A stretch of 64,000 nucleotides of DNA, taken from assembly GCA_951406725.2 (NCBI GenBank), contig OX597821.1, positions 55,428,001 through 55,492,000 on the forward strand, read 5' to 3'. Positions 41,299 through 55,799 of this stretch are shown here, one piece after another. Source of the stretch: Octopus vulgaris. Lineage: Eukaryota. The notes under the pieces were generated by a model, which saw nothing but the letters and a program-made list of their open reading frames with translations, searched no databases and was not told the DNA's origin. The stretch's first letter is position 1, and the number at the start of each line of letters is the position of its first letter. The position numbers were made by a program, and so were the translations under genes.

Positions 41299-42281
41299 TT
41301 AAAAGAAAACCACTCCTATAGAAAACGCCAAACAGATAACAATGTAAGTAAACAGAAAATGCCAGTCGATACTTTATGAGGTGTGTTGGTGTATGACTGT
41401 AATGCGAGCATATTACAAAGCAGAGAACATGTGCGTCGGAAACGGTTATCTCTAAAAAAAATAAATCATCTGAAAACGATCTTATTTCTATCGCCCATCA
41501 GCATCAGCGAAAGTGAATAACAAACGAGATAACATGCAGAAATGTTACCAGCAATCTTTATATATTAATGATATATATTTAAGATCTGTAGAAAAGAGTA
41601 AGATGACTCGAAACAGAAACACATTAACGATTGTAGGCAGATGAAATAATAGATAATGATCAACAAAACTTGTCGGTAATATTAGAATAATTCTGATGAC
41701 CCAACCGTAATATTTCTGACAATAACTCAAGAAAAGTGCAATATGATAAAGTGAGCATGGATCTATATGATAGTATGTGTTGTGGAACAGTATGTTAATG
41801 TTGGGTAGGTAATAATATGATAGTGTGATATAGGGAACAATACGCTAGCATATGTTGTGGAACAGCCACCTACATCAATAGCAAGTAAGAAATTGATACC
41901 TTTATTGATCCCATAATCGCAAAATACAGGCTTGATATTTGCAGGTTTTGGTTGCGATTGTAAAAGTGGTGGTAACGAGCACGTTAATTGACTGTTACAA
42001 TTTCGTTGGTTCTCTGATATCCGCCACAACTCTACGCCTGCCCTCACATAACAAGATTGTAGATAAGTAGAAAATATTTTGAAGAAGCTGAACAGTAAAC
42101 CTATTTGGTTGATAACCGTTATTTTGAATATCGACTCACAGTCCATGCCTAAACATAGCCACTCCACACTTTCAGTATATCGTAATTTAGTATATTTTCC
42201 GATTTCTGTATTTTCACTAACTTCAGTATTTTCGGTAAAAAGAAAAAGAATAGGAATGGAATATCCTGAAATGCACGACAT
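41299..42281 (-). pseudogene. Intronless Cys-loop ligand-gated ion channel pseudogene (candidate chemotactile receptor / atypical nAChR-like subunit)
   Basis: Ordered motifs across frameshifts: hydrophobic leader MSCISGYSIPILFLF; ILKVW..AWTVSR..YNLV; REPTKL*QSINVLVTTTFTIATKTCK-YQAC-ILRLW; M1 IRIILILPT..LLFHLP; M2 FLFRVILLFS..YKDC; M3-like YLVCYSLSLMLMG; M4 SIDWHFLFTYIVICLAFSIGVVFF*. Recognised by eye only. Confidence 0.55.
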
Positions 42282-43017
42282 CTTATTATACCTGCCGATC
42301 CCTTATTGACTTACGCTTTCTGATTTTAGTAAATTTGAATCTGCATTCCGTTTCAAATGAGAAGCGAGAAAAATATATTATTAGTATTTCTAATGATCCG
42401 AGTATAACGATTAAAACTAGCTAAGGAGAGTTATTAGATTTAGCACATGACCAACTGAATTTAGGAATGTTTGTCATATAGTTTATTAATGCAACCCAAT
42501 ATATTTTGTTTTAACTCATTAAATGTGTTGCCGAGCTAACTCAAGGTAGAAGTGAGGTGGAGTAAAAGGAAGAAGGCATTGAAGCAGCAAAATCTAAGCA
42601 TGGTCTCGAGTGGAAATTATTGTCAGCGACATTGAAGACAAGCAGTTAGAATGCTATGCATTTGGCATCACATGTATTATCGACGTAATATGAAGTGAGA
42701 TGACTTCTCCAGTTCGAAGGTACTCGAGTATTACAGTCTGGATCATCGCAAATTTTATTGGTTAACACAAATTTCGATGAATTGCGAGAAACTATAGTCA
42801 GCTAGTCAAAATATTTTGGGTATTAGGCATGTCCCTATATATTGCGAGCTCAAGTACCATTGGCATTTTTCTTCACATACCATTTCGGTACAAGAAGTTA
42901 CATTAACGTACTCTTCAAGGTTTTATTAAATCCTGACCGAATCCTCTCTCTACCAGTTCTCACTCACTCTTTCTCTCTCTTACTCTCAATCTCTCGATAT
43001 ACATATAAGTTAAAAAA

Positions 43018-43066
<49 letters not shown>

Positions 43067-43785
43067 ATATAAACACTAACAAACGAAAAACAGACACAAA
43101 AGGTCGTCAAATCCTCATCAGTTACCCACCAAAGGTTCTCAACAATTTCGTGCATTTTAACGATAATATCACCCTACCACCTTTAGTAGCGCCAGCGGCG
43201 TGAAGCTGCCATGAAATAGCGAACCGAGGAGCAAGGGACGAAACATGAAAGAAAGTGAACATACGAATATGAAATAAATATACGATATATAATATAGAAA
43301 CGCAATAATATTGAAGACGAGACGAATAGTGGACAGACAAGGGATAAAGAAAACAAATAAGATGGATGGAAGACTGAAGAACAATATATGATAGATAAAC
43401 GAAATGAGATCTTACGGCCAGACAATTGACAAACGCTAGGAGGATTATCCTAGAGGATTAGAAAAATAGCGGTAACAGAGACAGCAAAATGTTTTCTAAG
43501 TGGGACGCGGAAGATACACAACCAGTCGCTTCGGCGGTCAGCGTGAAAGAGGAAATAGAGATAGGAGATGACGATGACCCCGAGTCACATGTCAGTGCGA
43601 AGCATAAGAAGTGTTGTAAAGGGCAGAGAGAGAGAGACAGAGAGGAGAAAGAGAGAGCGGAAAAAGAGGAAGGCAAGACAGAAACGGCAGCAAGAAAAAC
43701 GTGTTAGAGGGAAGGAGGGATGTATGTATGTATATGCATATATGCATATACACACATGTATATACATGTGTACATATGATATATA

Positions 43786-43824
<39 letters not shown>

Positions 43825-44198
43825 TTTATTAAACTTTTAATAATTTTGATATTTATTTTAAAAAATAAAAAAAATAAATAAATAAATAATGAATGAGTAA
43901 ATTAATAAATTAAATAATATATAAATATAAAAATATACATACATATATATATATATTTGTATATATATATATTTAAAATTTATAAGTTTAATTTATTTAA
44001 ATTATTTTTTAATTTTTAACTTTTATATTTTAAAATTAATTTTAAGTATTGGCTTATGTTTTTCACCGTTTGATTTGCTTAATAGTGGTTTTATCTCTAA
44101 TTTAATATAATATAATATAATATATTTATACTATAAAATTGGATTTAATCCTAAATCTAATTTTTCCCTGTAAGTTTGGATTTATTCCCTAATATTAT

Positions 44199-44260
<62 letters not shown>

Positions 44261-44265
44261 GCATG

Positions 44266-44965
44266 TATCAGGTCATCCCATGAGTTCTGACCGATTTTAC
44301 CCTTTTTTTTAAATTGAATGAAATTTAATAGTATTTTAGAATGTCTAATGGAATTAAAAATTATTCTTATGCATTTCTGTACATCTAAACTAATCAAATG
44401 TTATTTTGCAGAATAATAGAATTAAAATTATCCAAAGAGCATTTAAGGCACATAATGCTTTATGAGTACAAAAACGGAAACTCTGTAGCCGAAGTGGCTC
44501 GAAACATACGCTCAGTTTATGGGAAAGAAAAATAGAATGGAAGAACTTGCAGAAGATGGTTTGCAAAATTCATGACGTCCAGCTGAGTTTGATGATAAGC
44601 TCCTTGAGGCATTACTTGAAGAAAATCCTGCAATCAGTTGAAGAATTGGCAATAAAGCTTAGTTCAAACCATACAACTGTTCATCGTCATTTTCAACAAC
44701 TAGGAAAGATTCCTAAACTTGGAAAATGGGTGCCTCATGAATTTTCCGAAAGCAACCGCAAATCCAAGGTTGACATCTGCTTTTCTCCCCATTCTCGCGA
44801 ACTCATTTCACCCTTTTGGATAGACTTTTGACTGGTGACGAAATATGGATCTGCTATCGAAATGTTAAACGTCGTAAACAGTGGCTTGATAAAAGGGAAA
44901 AAGCTCAACCACAGCCGAGAATGGAACTTCATGGAAAACAATTTCGTCTCTCTATCTGGTGGGAT
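44266..44965 (+). mobile_element. mariner transposon 5' half
   Basis: TIR-like start TATCAGGTCATCCC; SKEHLRHIMLYEY; GKWVPHE; LTGDEIW; LHGKQ..LSIWWD; truncated. Confidence 0.9.
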
Positions 44966-45078
44966 TGATCTATCTTGATCACATAGTCTCTGTTCCATGA
45001 ATTGAAACAGTCCCTATTCTCTTCAATGATCATACATACGTTGTCGGTAACCCCTAATTTCAGTATCATTTTCATCTA

Positions 45079-46389
45079 CCGGCTAAAGATACCGTCGGGG
45101 GAGGTTATGAAGCAGATAGAAGAGGCAGGCTATAAGTACTTGGGGATTTTGGAAATGGATAAATCGATGGAGAAAGAAATGACAGAGAAATTTAAGGTGG
45201 AGTACTTGCGCAGACTGATGCTTATGTCGAGATTAAATGGACGGAATAAGATCGAAACTATCAACACCTGGGAAGTTGTTTTACTCCTTAGATATGGAGC
45301 ATGGAAAGTAGACGAACTAAACAGCATAGATAGAAAGGCAAGGAAGTTGCTTACTAAATATGGGTCACTCCACCCAAAAAGTGACACAGACAAAATGTAC
45401 TAAGAAAAAGAGTGGAAAGAGGATCTATTTGATGCGAACATAGCATTAGAGCAGAAGACAACAACATACCAGGGTATGTAAAGAATGCCACAGAACGGCT
45501 ATTATTAGAAGTAAGAAGGTCAGACTTGTGTAAGATGAAAGATTGCAAAGATAAAGCACTATACAAGAAATTGAAAACGAATGAAACTGAAAATAGATAG
45601 GTAATGAAAAGAATGCATGGTCAGTTTCATTGGGATGTTGAAAATAAGACAGAGAAAAATGATGGCTGTGGATGAGTAAAAATGATTTAAAACCGGAAAC
45701 GGAGACTATAATCTGTACTCTCCAAGAACAAGCACTAAGAACAAACTACATAAAATACCGAACAGACAACACATCAGAAAGTGCTAAGTGCAGAATCTGT
45801 GGACAAAATGGTGGAACCCTATGGCATATTAGCGGATAATGTACACCACTTGCCCAGAAGGAGTATAAGAGATGTCACGACAATATAGCCAGGCTTGTCC
45901 TTTGGATACTTTGCAACAAGTATGAACTTGACAGAGCAAAATATTGATACGACCACAATCCTGAACAGTGCGACCATGAGATAGAGATTAGGAAGCCAGA
46001 TATAGTCTCTTAATTGAGAAAGAAAACGCACTACACTGGATCATAGATATAGCATGCCCAGCTGAAAACAAGGTATGAGATAAGGAAGAAAGAAAAGTTG
46101 AGAAATATGACAGGTTAGCTTGGGAAGTTATGCAGTTGTGGTCGATGAAAAAGGTAGCAGTAGTACCAATAATTGTCAGAGCCCTGGGAATAGTGAGCAA
46201 AATTTTCAAGAAGTATGTGGAACAAATAGGGTCTGCAATAAGGGTGGAGCACTTGCAGAAAATAGCACTGCTTGGAACCGCTCGAATACTCTGGAAGGTG
46301 CTCGAAAAATAAGAGGTAAAACCTTAGTTCACTAGTAGTGAACAGCTGACACTGTAATACATCTCCAGCGTTAGAAGCCTTGCAAACGC

Positions 46390-46436
<47 letters not shown>

Positions 46437-46484
46437 TAATAATAATAATAATAACAGCAACAACAACAACGATAACAATAATAA
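45079..46484 (+). mobile_element. R4/Dong-like element with (AAT)n tail
   Basis: GYKYLGILE, LKPETE..QEQALRTN, CRIC..HI, RHD, RKPDI..IIDIACP, KIALLGTARIL; tail 46391-46484. Confidence 0.9.
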
Positions 46485-46650
46485 TCGTTTCTACTAATTG
46501 CGCAAAGCCTGAATGCTTGACTGGTATTTAATTTATCGACCCGAAAAGATGAAAACAAAGTCGGACTCGGCGAAATTGGAACTCAGAACATATGGACAGG
46601 CGAAATGCTTAGCAGCATTTCGCCCGAAATGCTAACGATTCCGACAGTTC
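46485..46650 (-). mobile_element. SINE family 1
   Basis: Reverse complement matches the 50584 copy (TTTCATCTTTTCGGGTCGATAAATTAAATACCAG). Confidence 0.8.
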
Positions 46651-46759
46651 TATAGTTGTGTATAAGTATATATATAAAAAATATATATATAAATAATAGA
46701 AGAAAGACTGAATCAAGGAATATCATCTGATATTATGTACCATTTGCATCTTACATAGC

Positions 46760-47545
46760 TTATAATAATGTTCCTAGGAAAACTTTTGCTACACAGGATA
46801 AATATTTCCTACATTCAAATAATTATGGAAAAAATGTAATCACTACCGTGAATAATTTTCGTATTCAACCTCCAGAAATTTGCCTTACATTTAAGTAGTA
46901 CATAACACGGAAAATTAGGCAGTGTTTCAATTCAAAATTAGTTAACACGAGTAGAACCTATAGTGTGAAATGTGGAATTAACTCTAATGATATTTGCGCT
47001 TGATTAGATTCTGAGAATGTCAATAAAAGTAATTCCGAATGTAATAACAGCTATTAATACTATTCATTATAATACTGCTACAAATCCTGCCATAACATCT
47101 TCTGAGAGGAGGATTAGTACTATTTTCTTTAACTATGAGCACCATATACAAGTGTAAAAATGCCATTGTAATTTCAAAAACAAAATAATCTGTCCTGTAA
47201 AAAAGAATATAGTGTATCAACGTAAGGTCAAAACAGGGTATCCTACATAGTTTCGTCAGCTACAATTTGGAAATCTAGATTGTATAACCATTCGCATTTT
47301 TTTATGTGTACAAGAATTGTACGAATTTTGGGGTTTGAAAAACAAGAACATTATCTATGATTCAAATTGGCCAATTATTAGTTATGCACCATCGTACAAT
47401 GATAGTAATTGTAAACGTGATCTTCGCCTTGAAGAAATGTATTATATAATTAGTTCTAGATTAGTATTATTGAATTTTAAAAGTGATTGTACATTAAAAT
47501 GTGCTCACAGATATAGAACAACATTTAAATATTTCAATTATAATT
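46760..47545 (+). mobile_element. Penelope-like GIY-YIG remnant
   Basis: KCHCNFKNKIICPV..NIVYQ..FWGLK..NWPII..APSY..LEEMYYI..LLNFKSD..KCAH. Confidence 0.75.
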
Positions 47546-48090
47546 ACATTACGAAATTTTTTGTAGCTTAATTAATAGATAGATAACTAATTGCCGCATC
47601 GTAGAATGTCTATTTCTAATTGTCTTTCATTTTTTCGTTATTTACTGATGTCATCAAAAGTTAAATATTGAACTGGCTACTCTTTGATGATAATATTTCT
47701 TCTTAACTTTTATTTAATATGTGTTTGTCTATTAGAGGTACGTTCTTAGCTCCATTTGAATGTAATCCATTTTAGATTGATTTTATGACATTATGTTAGC
47801 ATATATTTTCGGATATATTCATTGGAATGGTATTTCATAACTCTTTCTGTATCTAATATGCTTGTACATTAGTAACGATCGTCGGTAACATATGGTGTGA
47901 TCACGATTTTTCCATTTTGCCCATTTTTATTCTTATTATATATGCATATATGTACGTATGTATATGTGTAGGTATATGTATGTATGTACATATATATGCA
48001 TATACACATATGCGTATATACCTATACATATATATATATATATATATACACACTTACATACATTTATTTATACACACACATATATGCATA

Positions 48091-48171
<81 letters not shown>

Positions 48172-48580
48172 TACATATATATATACATATCCATTTGGTA
48201 GCTATACTTATATATGTGTGTGCGTGTGTGTGCGTGTGTGTGTGCGTGTGAGCATGTGTGCATATATGTATGTCGACAAATATGCCTTTATAACATATGA
48301 TATATTTTACCAAAATAAACGACCAAAAATTTAGCATACAACAATATGCACACAGTTGAGAAAGACGTTAGGTTGGACTACTCATTTTTACATTTAATAC
48401 TGTATGATCGCATTAAAATTCATCATGTATTCATATTGGTCAGATATAAACTCATCAATATGCGTATGTATTCATAAATATACATTTGTTCCTCATATGC
48501 ATATGAATACACATATATCGAGAAACGTGAAACGTTCCTCTAAATGCGTATGGATAAATATATATGTATGTACATATTTT

Positions 48581-48625
<45 letters not shown>

Positions 48626-48737
48626 GTCCTGTGTGTGTATGTGTGTATATGTATATATATATATATTATATGTATGAATGCACGTATATTTTGTACATAT
48701 ATATATATATATGCATATGTTCATATATATAAATATG

Positions 48738-48794
<57 letters not shown>

Positions 48795-48849
48795 ATATAT
48801 GTATATCTATCATGACCATTAACCATCGCCGCCATTGGAATCGCAATAC

Positions 48850-49160
48850 TTTCATTAAGATCTAGTATACGTTTTGATTGAAGTATAGAATAAATTTGGT
48901 TGTTTTTTTCTAGAATGAACAGACCTGTTACTGCTTTCAAACATTGTTGCGTAGATAACTGAGATCCCGTCGAATACTACTGTTTGCTATCATAAAAAAA
49001 CGACTATTATATGAACGACAGGGAGAATTAATCTCTATAAAAGGCATATTGACTGATCTCTGTGAAAGAATTGGTGTGAGAAAGTTCCCGATAGCTTTCA
49101 CATGGCCAAAGGTTTTAATATCTCCACAACGTGCAATCTTACATTGCTTTCTAACCATTA
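48850..49160 (-). mobile_element. Gypsy RT remnant (very decayed)
   Basis: RCGDIKTF resembles RPCGDYR.L; YLRNNV resembles FGLRNA. Confidence 0.35.
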
Positions 49161-50583
49161 ATCAGTAGTGAATAGCATTTTCGTCGCGAAATCATTTAAT
49201 GGGTGAATATGAAAATCTGATCTTTCATTACGATTCAGTCGGATATTGCATTTTCGTCTTTTATTATTAAAATCTAAGTTAATCCTGTGACATGAGAAAA
49301 ATGCATATAACGACGTGTAATAATATAGGTCAGCAGTTGCACATTACGCACTTAGCTAATGTGTTGAGTTATCAATAATTGGTATGCTCTGTATTATTAA
49401 GGAGTTAGCTTTGACATGAGATCCAGGATTCGTTTCCATTTCGTTGCATCTCGAGTAAATGCCATTTTCTGCAGTGTCGGTTCCACTCACAGCTTAGGTA
49501 TAAAATTAGGTAGATGGAAAATATATCGATCCCATCAAGTGAATTTTACATTCATTGAAATAGGTACAGTCTTGTCATATACTGGATCACCCTGATTTTA
49601 CCTGAGAATTCTATTTAGATTACACAGGCCTGCTGAATATTCAGCCAACTACACCGTTCATTCAGGACCAGATCATTCAAATAAACCCCATCATCAAATC
49701 TTTAGAATATTCACTGTCTGAATAGAGGGGTAAGTTTTGATCCCTCCTGTGATTCGAAGAATATATTGATTTCTGTTATATTAATTTGAATTATTTCTTC
49801 AAGAGAATATTGCGCCTTCATGTCTTACAATATGTTTAGCAAACAGCACCAAACAGCATTTAATAAACTCTCAATACAGATGCAGAATATTAGTACCTAC
49901 TCGATAAGTTAATCACGAATAAAGAGATACGGACGCCAGGTATGTGTAGGCTAACTAACGCCCCTGTTGTAGATTTTGGTTCTTACAAGTCATTATTTTT
50001 AAATACTATAGTCCTAGAGAACATACCACTGCATCTTAAAATAATGAGAGTTTAAAGAAGTTCATGCACTTTGTAAGAAGATTAATTCCATGACAATGAA
50101 GAAAATGAGTAATAATCCAAAATGCTACCAGGTTTTGATATACACTAGATATCTTATATTTCTTATATCGCATTGCAGTAGCAAACGAGATCCACGATAT
50201 CCGGTACTTATTAACAAAACTTCAAGAATTAATCTAAGGATCTTTTTTTTATTTACAAATTTTACCCTCATTAATTTATTTTACATTTTTGTAGCATCTC
50301 GTTATTATTTTCTTTATTTTTTATGAGGCCCTTGTTATTCCTGATTGAGATAACAGGTGTTGATCATGTTCTCTGTGAACAACGATCGTTACCGTTTGGG
50401 CTTTTACACAAAAATAGTATTCTTGAAATTTTATTATCTAGTATATTCCGCGTTCAGAATACAGTTGTAATTTCAAGCAGATGCGGTTGCTATTTCTAGT
50501 AAAATATTTCTTTTCATGGATGGTCACACGTTGGTTGTTTCATTTCTATATTGTAGAATTATCAAACGGTGTCATTGTTATTA

Positions 50584-51005
50584 GGCGACGAACTGGCAGA
50601 ATCTTTAGCGCGCTGGACGAATTTCTTAGCGGTATTTCGCCCGTTGGTTTGTTCTGAGTTCAAATTCCACCGAGGTGGATTTTACCTTTCATCCTTTCGG
50701 GGTCGATAAAATAAGTACAAGTTAAACACTGGGTTCGATGTAATCCACTCATCTCCTCCCCTCAAATTGCTTCCCTTGTAGCAAACTTTGAAACCATTAT
50801 TAATAGTTGGTGAGCAGGCAGAGTCATTAGCTCCTTGGACGAAATGCTTAGCGGTGTCTCGCCCGTTGCTTCATAATGAGTTCAAATTCCACTGAAGTGG
50901 GGTATGGCTTTCATCCTTTCGAGGTCAATAAAATAAGTACCAGTTAATAGATTAATACCCACCCCCAAAATGATGCCCTTGTTACAAAATTTGAAACCAT
51001 TAATA
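50584..51005 (+). mobile_element. Two tandem SINE family 1 copies (50584-50800, 50809-51005)
   Basis: Both carry TGGCAGA..TTAGC (A-box-like), GAGTTCAAATTCC (B-box-like) and CTTTCATCCTTTCG.GGTC.ATAAAATAAGTAC. Confidence 0.9.
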
Positions 51006-51014
51006 TTAATATTA

Positions 51015-51553
51015 AGTGAGAGAGTAGTGGATGTCATAAAAGTGACACTGGGGTAAAATTTACGAAGCCCAGCACACACATAATGACTACGCATTTGACA
51101 TAGGATACACCAGGCACATGCATCATAGCCATATGTGGGCGACATGGTCAATTCGCATCAAAATAAACAGCTCATGAATTGCAGGTGGGGCCCAGTTAAA
51201 ATTTTCTTCTGGTTGAGTAGCCCTACCTGCTCAAAAGATTCCTGGAATAAGGGCTGTTCAAGAATGTTGAGTGAAACACTCATGTTTCTAGAGATGAATT
51301 ATTCAAGCTCCAAAGAATTCCTAGGTGCTCTCTCACTACTTCTGCTCATGATCTGAGATGATCATATTGTCAGTGAGTGAGTGACATGCTCAACTGGTTA
51401 TGGTCTAAAAACTGACAAGCAAGTCTGTTATTGAGCAGAATATTTGCTGTAGCCCATCTTATTTTTTACCATAACGAAACATATACATCTTAACACTTCC
51501 AATGAGTTAAGATCAGAAGCCATGACAGCAAGTGCTTGGTACTGCATCAGAAC

Positions 51554-51557
<4 letters not shown>
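51015..51557 (-). mobile_element. Second copy of the ~555-bp TAA-associated element
   Basis: Colinear with 17409-17966. Confidence 0.85.
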
Positions 51558-51611
<54 letters not shown>

Positions 51612-51612
<1 letters not shown>

Positions 51613-52862
51613 TATGTTTGACTGTTGCTTTATATTTGTACAAGTTGGCTCCAAGTCTCACCCAGAGACCTCAAGAGACAACAGGTTGGAAGTTCATGTT
51701 GTTGTTATGCCTAGTGTGCCATATATTTGGGGGGGGGGTTGTACTAATAAATGTCTAAAAAATTTTTTTTTTTTAAACCGAAAATTATGTTTGTTTTAAA
51801 CCTTGAGATTACATAGAAAGTATTTTGCGTAGGATATGAGCAGTTCCCATGAGCACTATCTTTTGAATTTCTGCCATTTTGGGGTTTCCTGGTATCTGAG
51901 CTAGGTAGCTATCAGCCCCTTTTACTATCATTCCCAGGGCACCTATGACAACAGGTATTGTTTTAGTCTTCAGCTTCCACATTTTGCTGATTCCTATTTC
52001 AAGATCTTTATACTTGCTCAGTTTTTGGTAGGTCTTGACAGATACGTTTATATCGATTGGGATAGTCATATCAATGAGGAGGCATGTTCTTTGTTTGAAG
52101 TCTTTCAATATGATGTCTGGCCTATTTGCATCTATCTTTCTGTCAGTTTGAATGGTGAAGTTCCAGAGGAGTGAGATGTGGTCATTTTCAAGCACTGGGG
52201 ATGGTTTGTGTTCCCACCAGTTTTTTTCATGGAGCAAATCCAGGTTTTTGCAGATTACCCAGTGAATATATTGTGCAGCTCTATCGTGTCTGTTGAGATA
52301 CTCTGTAGGCGCTAGAAGACTGCACTTGGAGACCACATGGTCAATGGTTTCATTTTGTTGCTGGCTTACACGACACGTTGGACTGCTTCTGATCTTTAAT
52401 ATGTTGGCCTGGTAGTTTCTTGTTGGTAGGCATTGATCTTGAGCTGCTATGACAAACCCCTCTGTTTCAGATTTTAAGCCAGAGGACATTAGCCATTGAT
52501 GGGTCAGGGTTTTGTCAACATCTGCATTATTTGCTCTCTTTGGGTATTTGCCATAGAGAGGTTTTTCTTGCCATTTATCATTCAGAATATCTAAGGCCGC
52601 AGATTTATCACGGGTTTTCATGCGCTTAGCTTTTTCTGTGCCTGTTTCTTGTATGTCTATCACTAATTCCGAAATTTGTTGTATTCGGAATTCACTTAGA
52701 TATTCCTTTGCCTGTTTTGTTACTGAGTATGATGCTTTCTTGTTTTCATGTTTTGAGACAAGTTTTAACATCCAGTCCTCAGAGTTTTCCAGGTAGGTGT
52801 CTAGGCCAATTGTAGCAATCTTCATTGTTATTGCCAGTTGTAAAAGTCCACGGCCTCCCTCT
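51612..52862 (-). mobile_element. R4/Dong-like element, 5'-truncated, with uninterrupted C-terminal frame (CCHC plus REL endonuclease)
   Basis: Frame 52862-51809: EGGRGL..LKSETEGFVIAAQDQCL..CRVS..ETIDHVVSKC..RHD..NRPDII..LLID..KY..VIGALG; TAA arrays on both sides. Confidence 0.95.
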
Positions 52863-52874
52863 TTATTATTATTA

Positions 52875-52952
<78 letters not shown>

Positions 52953-52957
52953 TTATT

Positions 52958-53770
52958 ATTCAGTATTACTTTTATCATGTGCTTTCACTGCAGTACCGAG
53001 ACCAGCTCTGTGTACCTTGGATACGTGCTGTGGTTTGTTGTGGTGCTCTTACTTTCATTTTATTGAAAGTCTTTATGTGTGCGCTGCACAGTACTGCTAT
53101 TTTCTTTATGTTATATATACTTACAAGTCCTGGTATTTTTGCTATGTAGTTGTCTGAATGGTTTTTAGTCATACCTAATGCGCCTACCATAATAGGAATT
53201 GTTTCTGCTTTTAGACTCCACATTCAACTTATCTATATTTCCAGATCTTTGTATTTTGAAAGTATCTACGTTTCTTTTAGAGAAACGTCATCATTTGTTG
53301 GTATTGATACATCGATTAGAAACCATTTTTCTCGTTACTTCTGATATCCAGCCAATTGGCTTCAATTTCTCTATCTGTGTGCATTGGCATATCTCAGTCT
53401 ATGGTTGCTTTCTCATTTTTTGTGACATTTTCTGGGGTGTGCCTATAACATTTTTTCTGCTGTTATTCCATAGTATTGGCATATCTTCCAGTGTATTTAG
53501 GTCTCAACTCTGTCGTGTCTGTGAATGTGTTCCCTCTTATCCAGGACTGATCAGCCAGAAACAATATGATTTATTGTTTCTTCTCCATCACCAAATATTC
53601 TGCATTTACTTGCATTTCTTTGCATTGCGTGTTTTTGGTGATTTCTGATGGGAAGGCTATGATCTTGTGCTGCAAATAAAAATCCTTCAGTTTCTGCTTT
53701 CAGCCCTGAGCTTCTAAGCCATTGTTGGATCTTGCTTTGTCTATTGAATTTCTGTTTAATTTAAGCAAAT
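52958..53770 (-). mobile_element. R4/Dong-like element, second subfamily
   Basis: Minus SSGLKAETEGFLFAAQD and MWSLKAETIPIMVGALG; distinct 3' UTR that is repeated at 53843-53923. Confidence 0.9.
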
Positions 53771-53777
53771 TTTATTG

Positions 53778-53832
<55 letters not shown>

Positions 53833-53842
53833 CATTATTATT

Positions 53843-53923
53843 CAGTAGTTTGATTTTGATTTTTATAGCGTGCTTTCACTTCACTACCGAGCGCAGCTCT
53901 GTGTGCCTTGGGTATGTGCTGTG
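53843..53923 (-). mobile_element. ~80-bp 3'-UTR-only insertion of the second R4-like subfamily
   Basis: Matches 52958-53035; TAA arrays on both sides. Confidence 0.75.
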
Positions 53924-53961
<38 letters not shown>

Positions 53962-53979
53962 CATTATTATTATTATTAC

Positions 53980-55470
<1,491 letters not shown>

Positions 55471-55474
55471 GTTA

Positions 55475-55710
<236 letters not shown>

Positions 55711-55799
55711 GAAATCCTTTAAGACATATATCATGTTTATCGTTGATGACTCTATCTCATTGATGGGTGTCATCCGAAACTATGGTCACTTTGTCATTC

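Noticed and set aside
41763-42281. 172-aa ORF as an intact gene
   Set aside because: Only its first residues fit the receptor reading; the informative motifs lie in other frames.
43489-43707. Acidic/basic 72-aa ORF
   Set aside because: Low complexity, partly (GA)n-derived, no homology I can recognise.
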